Assembly (NCBI RefSeq): GCF_006345805.1
Contig: NC_043003.1
Location: forward strand, 115,072,001 to 115,136,000
DNA from: Octopus sinensis
Lineage: Eukaryota
Direction: 5' to 3'
DNA: 64,000 nt
Within the stretch, counting starts at the first letter, position 1, and each line of letters opens with the position of its first letter. The notes below the pieces were generated by a model. That model saw only the letters and a program-made list of their open reading frames with translations. It searched no databases and was not told the origin of the DNA. The translations under genes were made by a program, and so were the position numbers. Shown here in pieces: positions 42,036 to 53,934 of this stretch.

Positions 42036-42098
42036 AGATAACCGAAGAGATGGTGTTGTGGATTTCCACTTCGGCATCTGAAACTCAGAGTTTTATCT
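42036..42098 (+). ncRNA. Variant minimal type-I hammerhead ribozyme in the PLE pseudo-LTR
   Basis: Stem I agataa (42036-41) / ttatct (42093-98). Core CCGAAGA (42042-48). Stem II gatg/catc. GAAA at 42080-83. Near-palindromic stem III ACTC-A-GAGT. GUU triplet. Confidence 0.68.
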
Positions 42099-42425
42099 TG
42101 ACTACCGAGTAATGTAACATATAGTATAGATAAATTTCCTCTATTTACATAATATTGAGGTATCTTTCTTTCTTTTGTTATCTTACCGTTTTATCAATAT
42201 ATATATATATATAGGGAAAATAAGACAAAATAGAAAATGCTTAAACAATTTTATCATGAAGAAAATTTTAGTACTCGTTTCAGTCTTTGCGACTTTTTGA
42301 ACTTAGTGTAAATCATGAAAAACAATTAAATTGTGGTAAAATTAAATGAAATGTTTTTAAAAGTATTTCTATAGATATCAAATGCAAGGGACATTTTCCT
42401 TTTTTCTGTCTCTCTCTCTCTTTTC

Positions 42426-42465
<40 letters not shown>

Positions 42466-42946
42466 GCATGTCTTATGTATGTTAGTGAGTCCAAAAGCAT
42501 TCCTGTTTACGTCAAATCAACCGTACTCAGAGATACACCCATGCTCTCACACACATATACTCACAGAATATACACACAAAACATGTCACACATTCGTCTT
42601 GACTTTAAACTGACTGATTGTACACAATCATGGGTAAATTTTCAGAGGAAAATATATAACCAAACTTAATAGAATCAGAATAGATTCAACGGAAAATAGA
42701 ATACGATGAAAGACAACAAAAACAATAAAAAAATTGTAATAATATTAATAAGAAAAAGAATTCTGACAGTAGCCGAGTCGTTACTGATAGATTATGAAAT
42801 GGTAGGAAGTAATTTGCAGGTAGGTTGATAATGTGGGTGTCAAGGTGGCGTAGACTTGGTTGGTGATAAGAAAACCCCAATACAGCAGATATCGAATTCG
42901 GTGAGGATTTGATGAGGAGGATGATAACGGCAGATAAAATATGTCG

Positions 42947-43289
42947 ATGGGGATAACGATAAGGATGATGAAAATCATCATCTTCTCCATCATCATCATC
43001 ATCATCATCACTACCACCACTATAATCACTACCATTATTATCACCCCCAACATCACAGTTATCATCTTCATAATAATCATCATCATCATCATCATTTACG
43101 TCAAATCAACCGTTATGGGGATAACGATAAGGATGATGAAAATCATCATCTCCATCATCATCATCCTCATCATCATCACCATTATCATTGTCATCATCAT
43201 CAGCATCACTACCACCACCATAATCACTACCATTATCATCACCACCAACATCACCAACATCACAGTTATCATCATCACCTTCGTAATCG

Positions 43290-43326
<37 letters not shown>

Positions 43327-43330
43327 GTGA
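42947..43330. repeat. 168-bp-period duplication within a (CAT/CAC)n low-complexity tract that extends to about 43960
   Basis: atggggataacgataaggatgatgaaaatcatcatc occurs at 42947 and 43115. Confidence 0.85.
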
Positions 43331-44379
43331 AATAATAATTAATGCGTGAGCGAGGACATAGGCAGAGCAGGCATTGCACAAGAATTGTCAATGCGAGCTC
43401 TCAACAATTACACCACCATATTCCCCCAATCGTACCACTAGCGCCTCCACTTACACAAATTGCTGCAAATATCGTAATCACATCATCAGTATTTCCAACA
43501 TCTTCGTTATCTTCGTCGTCACCGTCATCATCATGATCCCCACCACCATCACCACCACCACCACCACCACCATACTCATCATGATCATCATTATCATCGT
43601 CATCACCAACATCAATATTACCACTACCACCTCTACCTCCACCACCACTACCACTACCACCACTACCACCAACGCTAACACTAACTCCAGCACCAACACC
43701 AACATCATCGTCATCATCATCATTATCATTACCACCTTGATAATTGTAATCACAATCAGTGTAGTTAGGAATCATGATAACCGCAATCAGTAGGAAAATC
43801 ACAATTTTCACCGCCCAATTATTATGTACATAATTATCTACACTATTGCGTCATAATCAGAGAAATCATCATCATCATCGTCATCATCTTTATCCTCATC
43901 ATCACCAAAATCTCCCACCTCCTCCTCCGCCTCATCATCGTTCATCATCAGTCACGTCATCGTCTTTGTCGTCGTCGTCTTCATTAAAAATGACAACAGA
44001 AATGTGACCGAGTTTGATTTACCAACGAAGAATTACATAAACTTCATCGCGCTTTTCACACCGATCGATCCTTTAAAAACCCTACGGATATTTTGCAAAA
44101 GACATTTCTACACACTTCAAATCTGCAAGGTGTCATTAATCCTCAATCTGATGAACAAGGATCGACCCGACTCTAAACGACACCGATGTCATGAAGCAGC
44201 GATAAAATTCCTTCGTGGTGCCTGAGCAAGGTAGACATAGCAGCTATATTCCTTTCTTATATCTCTAAAATGCGAAGGTAGCGGCTCAGTATATATTTGT
44301 TTTTACAGTATACTGGCATAAGAAATACTCTTGATTACGAACAGAGTATCACTGATCTTCGGAACAAAATATAGAATAC

Positions 44380-44547
44380 ATTATGTACATTATTTACATT
44401 TGACGGATATTTGACCTCATCTTCTTTGTTGTTAACACAACGTTTCGGCTGATATACCCTCCAGTCTTCATCAGGTGTCTTGGAGAAATTTCGAACCTGG
44501 GTTCTCATTCCTAATATATATTTCGATGTTATTATTACCACTACGCC
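44380..44547 (-). mobile_element. Family E copy (tRNA head reduced to 11 nt, hammerhead retained)
   Basis: The - strand reads ggcgtagtggt-aataataacatcgaaa...aggaatgagaacccaggttcgaaattt..aagacacCTGATGA...GAAACGTTgtgttaac...aatatccgtcaaatgtaaataatgtacataat. Confidence 0.88.
44434..44479 (-). ncRNA. Minimal type-I hammerhead ribozyme (PLE type)
   Basis: Stem I GACAC/GUGUU. CUGAUGA core. Stem II GACUGG/UCAGCC with one mismatch. GAAA. Palindromic stem III AACGUU. Predicted cleavage between 44439 and 44438. Confidence 0.78.
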
Positions 44548-44565
44548 ACATGCCCATGGGCATAG

Positions 44566-45031
44566 GGCGTAGTGGTTAAGAGCGCGGGCTACTAACCCCA
44601 AGATTCCGAGTTCGATTCCAGGCAGTGAACTGAATATAATAATAATAATAATAATATAATAATAATAATAATAATAATAATAAGAAGAAGAAGAAGAAGA
44701 AGAGAAGAAGAAGAAGAAGAAGAAAAAGGAAAAGAAAAGGAAGAAAAAGAAAAAGAAGAAGGAGAAGAAGAAGAAGAAGAAGAAGAAGAAGAAGAAGAAG
44801 AAGAAGAAGAAGAAGAAGAAGAAGAAGAAGAAGAAGAAGAAGAAGAAGAAGAAGATCGAAATATACCTTAGGAATGAGAACCCAGGTTCGAAATTTTCCT
44901 AAGACACCTGATGAAAGCTGAAGTGTATATCAGCCGAAATGTGTTAACAAACAAGATGAGGACAAATATCCGTCAAATGTAAATAATGTAAATAACGTAC
45001 ATAATTCCACATCTCTTAAATATAGAACTGT
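44566..45031 (+). mobile_element. Family E full copy: tRNA-like head, expanded (AAT)n(AAG)n, hammerhead-bearing tail
   Basis: A-box ggcgtagtggtt (44566-77), B-box gttcgattcc (44610-19), microsatellite 44635-44853. CTGATGA at 44908-14, with stem III lacking CGT. Confidence 0.88.
44903..44945 (+). ncRNA. Hammerhead remnant (3-nt deletion in stem III, probably inactive)
   Basis: gacac-CTGATGA-aagctga..tcagcc-GAAA-t-gtgtt, compared with GAAACGTTgtgtt in the sister copy. Confidence 0.6.
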
Positions 45032-46578
45032 AAAATATAGAATAATAGCAACGTTTTCATCTTTCATCCTATCGCCGTTAACATCTGAAAATGTAACCAG
45101 GTTAGAATTTGAATTAACATAAGAGGTCAAATTCAAAATAAGAAATCCCATTTCGCTTTAATCGATCGTTAATCCTGTTGTTACATCAACGAATCTGCCT
45201 CGACACAGTATATCTGGCTCAGTATTCCTTAAAGAAACATTTTTCAAAGATGTGACTTAGTTCAACGTTACTGTTACAAGGGCACTTGGCTCCATTGGGT
45301 TCTATTGGTTCTCTGTTCACTTAAATGCATTCCATTTATAGAAGAAATTGCATCCACGCTGATAAACATTCACTAAAGATTTGTTTATGGGACCGAGTGA
45401 TCTATAAGTGGATCGTAAATTTTCCCTCGCCTTTCCTCTTTATCTTATTTGGGGAAAAATACTGTACTCACCGATGAGAATATACGTTTAACGAATAAAG
45501 GTTTGATCAAATACGAATAAAAATATAATTCTAGAATATCCCAATTCTAAAATATCACTGAATGAAACAAATAGAAACTGTCTTGTCAAAATAAGTTAGA
45601 ATGTATTTCGCAGCAAGCGTAATATCTGAATGAATAAAATCCATGAAAGATATGCATGCAAAGAAATATCTCGGAGCTCTTAATTATTACAGAAAGCAAC
45701 AAAGCCGTCTAAAAGCGCCATTATCTGCCTCACCAGGTGTCTACAACTGACTATAAAGTTGTGGAACATATCACCTGTATGAGGTCCCGTTACGAAGCTC
45801 AGATGAGGCACACAACAAAGTATTACTCTGACACTGATTTACGCACAAATATCATAGAATTCATTTAGAAAAGGACACCTGATTGCTCATCAACTACCAT
45901 TGATTATGATTTTTTAAAGTTATCCTTTATACCCCAACCTGTGCCTTTCTCTCATGTTGTCGCCTCAGCCATTTCAATCCCAAATTGCATGGTTTCGCAT
46001 TCAAAGATCGGCCTCTTCTACTCTCATCACTTACTACCGCAGACGCCGCTCTTAGAAAAAATCCTCCAGTCGTTTCTTCCCAGAATGTTGGTCCACTGGA
46101 ATTAGCTCCATCCTCGTACAATACGGGCTGATGATGGGTTACGGTTGTAGCTTACATTAATGGTGTCCACCTTAACGGTCAAGGCGGTTTTCCAAAGCCA
46201 TGAACACTGTCCCTTTTTTTTCTGCCACTGCCACTATAATATCACAGATTTAGAAGATTTTGCCATCATAGAATATTACATCTTCCACCTCGCTTACACA
46301 GGATAATTACATTTATCTCTCGACATTGGCCTCCTAACTAATTTCGAATATAACTATTGCAAAGAAACAATAGACATTTCTATGAAAAATACTATTGATT
46401 TGTAGACTTCAGGAAGGGAAGTGGTTGTATTTACCATCATAATAGTCAAAATATTTACTAAAATTACTAAAATCATGAGACAGATTATCTGAAGTAACTT
46501 TTTAAAAATAGAAGAAACAAAAGAAACTACATGAAGAAAAGAACGAAAAAAAAGAACAAAACGAAAGAAATTGGTAAT

Positions 46579-46589
<11 letters not shown>

Positions 46590-46618
<29 letters not shown>

Positions 46619-46712
46619 CGGATTGCTAGCTTCGTAGGTTGGTAAATTAGTAACTAGATTAAAAAGAAATATATATATATATAGAGAGAGATAGAGACAG
46701 AGAGAGAGACAG

Positions 46713-46809
<97 letters not shown>

Positions 46810-46826
46810 CATAGATAGATAGATAG
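46590..46826. repeat. (GA)n and (GATA)n microsatellites
   Basis: Directly visible. Confidence 0.93.
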
Positions 46827-47483
46827 AAAAGGAGAATAAACAGATTCATAAATAAATAAGTCGATAAATAGAGACGGTGCGGAAGATATGATAAAAAACG
46901 GTTCATAAGTCTTCTTTCTCTCTTTCTTTTGCTTTTTTTTTTCGCTTAATCAAAGAAGATTGCTTCTTTGTCTGATTTCTTTTCTGTAGTAAACAAGTAT
47001 TTCTTAACAATTTTCAATGGAACTTTCCGGATTTTCGAATGTCGTATCATTTAATTTATAAACAAATTTAGCTCAATTATAGAAAACATAAACAAATGCT
47101 ATGGTGATGATGCTGAAGATCGTTTATTTCTTCATCAATATAATCTAAGTCATATCTTTGGCCTACTCTTTCTTGCGTATCAGTTTACTTCTGATCAACG
47201 AGAATTTTAAGTGATTCATAGCCATAGATATACCACTTCGTTGTCACTTAATATTTTCAGGTCTGCATTAACAATTGTACATTTTTATTTATATAATAAA
47301 ATGTTGAATTTCGGGAGTATTATTTCTCTTATTTCTGTCAGAGTAATTACATAGATGTTCGCCACAGTCTCTCGTAGTAAATAGTACAATAGTCTTAGCC
47401 TCAGGGAAGAGATTGATTTTAACAAAAACAACTCCAAAGTACCTTTCACTAGAGTATTCAAGTATCATCTATCACGGCCAGCA

Positions 47484-47574
47484 TGGAGGCGCAATAGCCT
47501 AGTGTTAAGCGCAAAGGACTCGCGGTCGTAAGATAGCGGTTTCGATTCTCAGACCGGGCGTTGTGAGTGTTTAT
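47484..47574 (+). mobile_element. SINE family B head only
   Basis: tggaggcgcaatagcctagtgttaagcgcaaaggactcgcggtcgtaagatagcggtttcgattctcagaccgggcgttgtgagtgtttat. Confidence 0.8.
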
Positions 47575-47579
47575 GTATG

Positions 47580-48195
47580 AGTATGAAGTCTAGGTTGTCT
47601 TCTTGAAGGTTCTGCTTGGATTCTAGCATACCGTATGTGTGGTCTGTTGTGATTCTGCTGGTTGGCATGTCGTTGTGATGTGATGTGAGATATATGTTGA
47701 TTGCGCCTAGTATTAGTGATGTATTTTATTTGTTAGGAGAAGCCTCTGGCAGCGAGCGCTTGGTCGTAATATCAGGCGTGGTTATTGAATACTTGCTTAG
47801 TGGAAGAGATGTCAGATATACGGATCGAGATACTCTTGATTATGTTATCAAAGGTGGATTTGGGGTGATTGAAATAAATGTTTAAGTATTTAAGGTATTG
47901 GTTAGCTTTCCGAAAAGTGGAGTGCTGGGATGTTTCTAAGTTTAAACTTACGGGTAAAAAGTTAGTGGTTTTGTGGGAATTTTCAAAAGTAATAGATAGG
48001 TTTAGGCTTCAGAAATATTGGTGTAGATCTTTTCTAGTTCGTTCTAAAGAGGATTTATTTACGCTCTTGGTATGTAGTAAGGCTTCATCTCTGCAGAGGC
48101 ATCTCTTGAGGTTATGGAAATGTATATGGAGCTTGTGGAGTATGTATAGTCCAATGAGGTCGGTGACCTAGACGGAACCGGATGATCCCATGGAG
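47580..48195 (-). pseudogene. Second, older PLE reverse-transcriptase fragment
   Basis: The - strand reads PMGSSGSV*VTDLIGLYILHKL...CRDEALL...ERTRKDL...ITFE...NFLPVSLNL...FRKAN..YLNIYFNHP...ISIRISDISS. It is collinear with the RT at 40650-41100. Confidence 0.8.
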
Positions 48196-48271
48196 AGCTG
48201 CACAAGTCTCGTTGTAGTTTGCCTGATTACATATATTGGCTAAACTGGCAAAATGACTATTCCGAAATACA

Positions 48272-48324
<53 letters not shown>

Positions 48325-48327
<3 letters not shown>

Positions 48328-48861
48328 CCATTTGAATATGGCTAACCCCTAAGGGTGGATGCTACTGTAGTTTGTAGCCCCAGGAGGACACCTCCTCCAG
48401 CTGGCTATAGACACACTTTCTGTGCCCTATCAGTATTTGGAAAGGGAAGCCATCCTTCCCGTCTTCAACATATGATACACACGGACTCGAGTTTCAGGGT
48501 ATTGACACGTCATCGACGTGTGACAATCATAGTTGTCGATGAGAAGTCGGTTCCCTTCACAAATACATATACTTTTTCCAGTATCGATTGACACTGATAT
48601 TGAAAAAGTGAAATCAAACAATGATAAATCTCAGAGCGAGTTATGTAGCAGCAACACATCGTGACGTATATTTGCCATTTGAATATGGCTAACCCCTAAA
48701 GGTGGATGCTACTGTAGTTTGTAGCCCCAGGAGGACACCTCATCCAGCTGGCTATAGACACACTTTCTGTGCCCTATCAGTATTTGCAAAGGGAAGCCAT
48801 CCTTCCCGTCTTCAACTTATGATACACACGGACTCGAGTTTCAGGGTATTGACCCGTCATC
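48325..48861. repeat. Two tandem copies (period 347 bp) of an unclassified repeat that starts with a hairpin
   Basis: gccatttgaatatggctaacccct...gggtattgac..gtcatc at 48327 and 48674, near-identical over about 185 bp. It abuts (TA)n. Confidence 0.88.
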
Positions 48862-49355
48862 ATATACACAGACATATGCGAACGTATTTTCAACTGATGT
48901 TTAAATGTATGTTCGTCGATATCATAAACACACACTTGATATCAACTCTACAAATAATATTTTAACTCATTCCATCCCATTTACGAAGAAAAATATGAAT
49001 GTTTCCAAAGTTATTCACGCATTTCCGTATGTAATTCTTGTAAGTTGATCTACCCTTTGTAGTTGTAATTATTTTTAACGAATGCTTCGCACAACAGATG
49101 TGTTGCATTAAAACTCAACTTACAGTTGATTCTTCAACTTGATATTCTATTTTCATTTTTAACAAATGCATTCACCTAGTACACATCCACATTACGAAAT
49201 GTATACAAAAATCAGATGGAGACATACTTGGAAACAGCCACTGAGTTGTATTTCAAAAACATAGAAACATCTGTGTGACAAATGCCTTACAACAAGCATT
49301 TCAATTCTATCAAAATTGTCACCACCTCTAGAGAATGCCTCATATTTATCAAACC

Positions 49356-49576
49356 TATTTCTTTATTACCCACAAGGGGCTAAACATAGAGGGGACAAAC
49401 AAGGACAGACATAGGTATTAAGTCGATTACATCGACACCAGTGCGTAACTGGTACTTGATTTATCGACCCCGGAAGGATGAAAGGCAAAGTCGACCTCGG
49501 CGGAATTTGAACTCAGAACGTAACGGCAGACGAAATGGCAGAACGTAACGGCTAACGTTTCTGCCAGCTCGCCGCC
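49356..49576 (-). mobile_element. SINE family C with 16-19-bp TSD
   Basis: gcctcatatttatcaaacc at 49337-49355 and 49574-49592. Confidence 0.92.
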
Positions 49577-50354
49577 TCATATTTATCAAACCGTTGACCT
49601 CTCCCCTTACATGCGTGTGTGTCTCTGTTTGAGCGTGTGTTTGTACCTGTATGGATTTGTAAATCTACACACGGACATATATTCAAAAAGTTTTAGATAA
49701 ATGGATAATTTATGCTGGATTAGCCACACATATACGATATTACTCTAAACGCAAGTGTAAACGTCGCTGTTACTTGGACGTAATATCGTTAAATAAGGAT
49801 TTCATTTATAGAGTTCTCTGTTATCCTCCAACAGAATAGAAATATTTTTTTTTTTAGAAAAAAAACATCCCCCCAAAATATATATTGAAATTGCTCAATA
49901 TATATGAAAATACTACAGGAAAAACGAATCAATTAAAATGGGAGAATGTAAAGAGTAGGTAAATTTATTCATGATATAGTTACCTAATGAACAATCCTCG
50001 CAACGTGCATGTTTCAAAGACCCATTTATTATTAAACAAACGTAAGATGTTCTATTATTTTCTTTTCTTACAACTTCCTCTTAATAATCATTCTTGTATT
50101 AAATGTTTCTATATGGGTGTTGTTTTAATTAGCAAAAGAGCAATGTAGCTAATGTACTTGGAAGTCATTAGCGTCCTGAAGCTGGATTCCGTTTCAATGC
50201 ATTAACAATTTGTAATTATTTTCTGAACATTTCATATGTTATAACATACCACCTGCGTAGGACGAACCGCATTTAGGGTATAAACAGAAAAAGAAAGATA
50301 TAATAAATAAGTCTTAAAGTTCATGGGAACGGCTTAAGATATATATATTAATTA

Positions 50355-50470
50355 CAAAGTGGTAGAATCATATAAGTACCTCGTCACACACACACACACA
50401 CATGGAGGGGTGAGAATGTGTGTTTGTGTGTGACAAGGTACCTATATGAGTCTAATATAGTACCACTTTG
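50355..50470. repeat. Small imperfect hairpin element (MITE-like)
   Basis: caaagtggta..atataagtacctcgtcacacac mirrors gtgtgtgacaaggtacctatat..taccactttg. Confidence 0.7.
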
Positions 50471-50948
50471 GAACGAACGACATTATTTCATCATTGTAGA
50501 AATTTATGTAATTTGTACAATAAATTCATGGTTGATATATTTCTTCAGACACAATTTGAATCACGATAATCAACTCAGGTATTAGCCCCGCAAGCTGACA
50601 GTGATTCAAATTATATTGTTTAAAGAAGGAAATGAAATCTTATTGCATAACAGTGCATCTATTATGAAATAAATGGCGAAACGTACGTGACCTTTATTTA
50701 ACATTTCGCATCCTAAATTAAAATTGTGGATGGTCTGCGTGGATTGTAACATAACCCACTTAATATACACTTAGATTGGTGAGACAGTCCCTTAATAATT
50801 GATTAATCCTCCTTTGGTTAATTAAAATACGTAACTTTTATGCCTCTAGTCGAAGACTATGTTAGCCAAGTTCCTACATAAAGTGCTTGTGCTGTGATTG
50901 CCAGTTACACACACACACACGCGCGCACACACACGCGCGCGCACACAC

Positions 50949-51000
<52 letters not shown>

Positions 51001-52114
51001 GAGAAAGGTTGATTTCATTTTCATCCTTTTCCTTTGGAGTAGCGTCCAAAGTTTGATCTCTAATAAAGATTTTTCATATTAAAATTGTTAGCTTTACCAT
51101 TGTAAGTATTTATTAATATGAAAATGTTACAAGTATAAAGTGTGTTACGAGCATTTATAGAACTCGTATCGTATATAAACTCAACAATTAGACATGGGGA
51201 AGAGAAGATGTTAAAAGTTTTTATAAAATTTCAATCCATACATACGATCGTTTCGAATGGCAACACCAACATGTAAGAAACATGGAAAAATTAAATAAAT
51301 TATAATTATAATTAATTACATATTACCTTTGCTTCTCAGTCCAAAAGAAGAATCCATCAAAAAGAAAATATCAGAAGAATATTATATGGTTACAGAAGAC
51401 TAGATGGAGTGTCATATAACATATTCGGATATTCATATCATTATGAAAGATGAAATATAAGAACATGCTTAGGTAGTGTTGAGCTTATGTTGAACATTTT
51501 GTCTGGACTTCTGTGAATATTGTGATATCTTCTCTTACGCTTCTGAGAATTTTTGCCTTTATATTTTCTGTAAATCTCGGAATTATGTTCGCTCTTAGTT
51601 CCTCGATTTACTGCATACTTTCGTTTCGTTAGTGGATATTTGCATGGGAGTTATTCAAGTTCGAACCATGATTTGAATTTGATTCATACCTTAGTTCTCT
51701 GATTTTGTCGTATTTTGAATCAAGACCTAAATATGTTTTCAGAAGATGACCACGGTTGACACAAACTGCATCATTTGTTTGACCAATGAGCACTGGATGA
51801 TTTATCACTGGCTTCAGCAGCCACGTCACAGAAAGTGAGCGAGTTTTTCCGCCATACAAATTCACCAATTTTCTAGTTGACTGTTGTTTATGGGTGAGCT
51901 AGATTAACCTAGAAATAGAGAGAGATATGGTGAGAGGGAAAGGGAGAGAGAGAGAGAGAAAGAGAAAGAAGAAAGACACACTGAGAGGGAGAGAGGGATT
52001 GAACCAGTTCCAGAATTGTGCAGCTCGGTTGCTTCTCGCCTGTGCTAGCCTCTCATTTCCCCCATGAGTCTCGCTCCAATTCATAGGTCATATCATTATA
52101 TACTGCGAATTCAA

Positions 52115-52325
52115 GGCGACGAACTGGCAGAATCGTTAGCAGACCGGGCAAAATACATTGCGGAATTTCGCCCATTCTTTCATACTGAGTTCAAATTCCG
52201 CCGAGCTCTACATTGCCTTTCAACCTTTTGGGGTCGATAAATAAGGTACTAGTGGAACACCGGGGTTGATGTAATCGACTCGTCCCCTCCCCAAAATGGC
52301 TGCCCTTGTGACAAAATCTGAAACC
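52115..52325 (+). mobile_element. Diverged SINE family C variant
   Basis: ggcgacgaactggcagaatcgttagc...gagttcaaattccgccgag...ggggtcgataaataaggtac. Confidence 0.78.
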
Positions 52326-53519
52326 ATTCTATGCAGCAAATCATATGACGGAAACCACTTTGACAATATAAATTAATTGGATTGATATCTGTGAACGCAG
52401 CGATAATGGTAAATAAAATTTATGGCAAATCAGACAAATCTTAACATGCTTTTTATTCAAAACACAGCCTGTCCAACACTCTCAGAACAGTTAATGAAAT
52501 AGAAAAGGCCACAAACCGTACTAAATGTGGTTATAAATATTATATAATTTAAATTAATTTGGGACATTATCATGCTTCGAGACACCATGGAACACTCGAG
52601 CAAATATGTGTGTTTGGTTATGCTGATGGTGGTAGTTTGTCTTGTACTTCTTGAAGGAATATACAATTTGAATGAAGAGATGAGATAGATAGGACTCTAT
52701 CGGCAAATTTAAGTGCAAACAGAGCTATTGTATGTTTAAATTAACACAGTTTCTAATTATTCTCACAGATCTAATTCACTTTCTTTCATGTGTGTCCTTC
52801 TCTTATCAGGTTCCCCCTCTAACCAGGATCGATGCCTATGTTTATTGATCCAGCCTTCTAATGTTCCACATTTTTTTACTTGTACTTTTTAGCATACACC
52901 ATTTGTATCATTCATTCGCTGCTTCTACGCCAACATTTCTTTTAATTTCTTCTCTCACACCTCCATATGTGTTCCATTACATGTCAGAAATATTCTCATA
53001 ATTTTCCATTTTGGGACAATTTATCCTTTTTCTTTCTCCTTGTTCTCTCATTCTCATAATACATAAAAATATGGCTTCTTTTCCTTTTTTCGCTTCCATT
53101 TTTCAGTTCAGCGATGCAACTTTTATCAAGTGTTTAACGAAATTAGTGTAACACTGTATATACTTAAATATTATGTCCCTGTTTTGCTCTATCCCTCTCT
53201 TCTTCTCTTCCATTCTCTCCTTCATTCTCGTTCTTTCTTTCTTCTCTCTCTCATTCTTCTCTCTCCCTCTCTTTATATATATAAACACACACACATATGT
53301 ATGTATATGCATGTACATATATATTTCGTATCGATCTATCTTTCCTTCAATCTTTATATCATACACTATCTCTACATATCTCATTCTCGAGTCTAAAGAT
53401 TATCTCTTTACCTTTTCTCTCTGTTTACATTTCTGCCTCAGTGAATCCATTCCTTTCATCATTTTCTTGCAAGATTTCTCTCTCACACTCTCAATCTATC
53501 CCTCTTACTCACTCACTCT

Positions 53520-53723
53520 CTCTCTCTCTCTCTCTCGCTCTCCCTCTCTCCCGAGCTCGTTCTTTCCAACTCTTGCACATATTGTTTTCTTTCTCACTCT
53601 CACACAAACTCACCATTTACATCGTCTTACTTTCCTCACTTCATCTCTGCTGCACCTCATTAACTTCCGTTTTTCAATTCTCTCATACTTTATTTCACAC
53701 CCATACCCACACATACGCTCTCT

Positions 53724-53755
<32 letters not shown>

Positions 53756-53934
53756 GCTCTCCCTCTCTCCCGAGCTCGTTCTTTCCAACTCTTGCACATA
53801 TTGTTTTCTTTCTCACTCTCACACAAACTCACCATTTACATCGTCTTACTTTCCTCACTTCATCTCTGCTGCACCTCATTAACTTCCGTTTTTCAATTCT
53901 CTCATACTTTATTTCACACCCATACCCACACATA

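Larger units (their letters stand above)
39592..42197 (+). mobile_element. Penelope-like element (RT + C-terminal GIY-YIG) with inverted pseudo-LTR and internal inversion, inserted in (TA)n
   Basis: RT motifs FDIVDFYASI, FDVSMGSYDGA and YKDDAL, plus NFLDV and YINVGSCHP. GIY-YIG domain at 41402-41839. 39592-39681 is the reverse complement of 42037-42128. Confidence 0.93.

Noticed and set aside
43995-44225. FTNEELHKLHRAFHTDRSFKNPTDILQKTF, faintly resembling a Crypton/DUF3504 segment
   Set aside because: Short, stop-bounded and lacking the RRGxEN motif. It needs a profile search to be meaningful.
44566-44626. tRNA gene calls for SINE heads (also 17946, 23376, 47484, 56066)
   Set aside because: A/B boxes are present but there is no complete acceptor stem, and the heads continue into repeat bodies. 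They are SINE heads, not tRNAs.
51450-51870. Possible Tc1/mariner or RT remnants here and at 14180-14330, 32000-32500 and 45930-46220
   Set aside because: Only isolated weak motif resemblances, too degenerate to support by eye.
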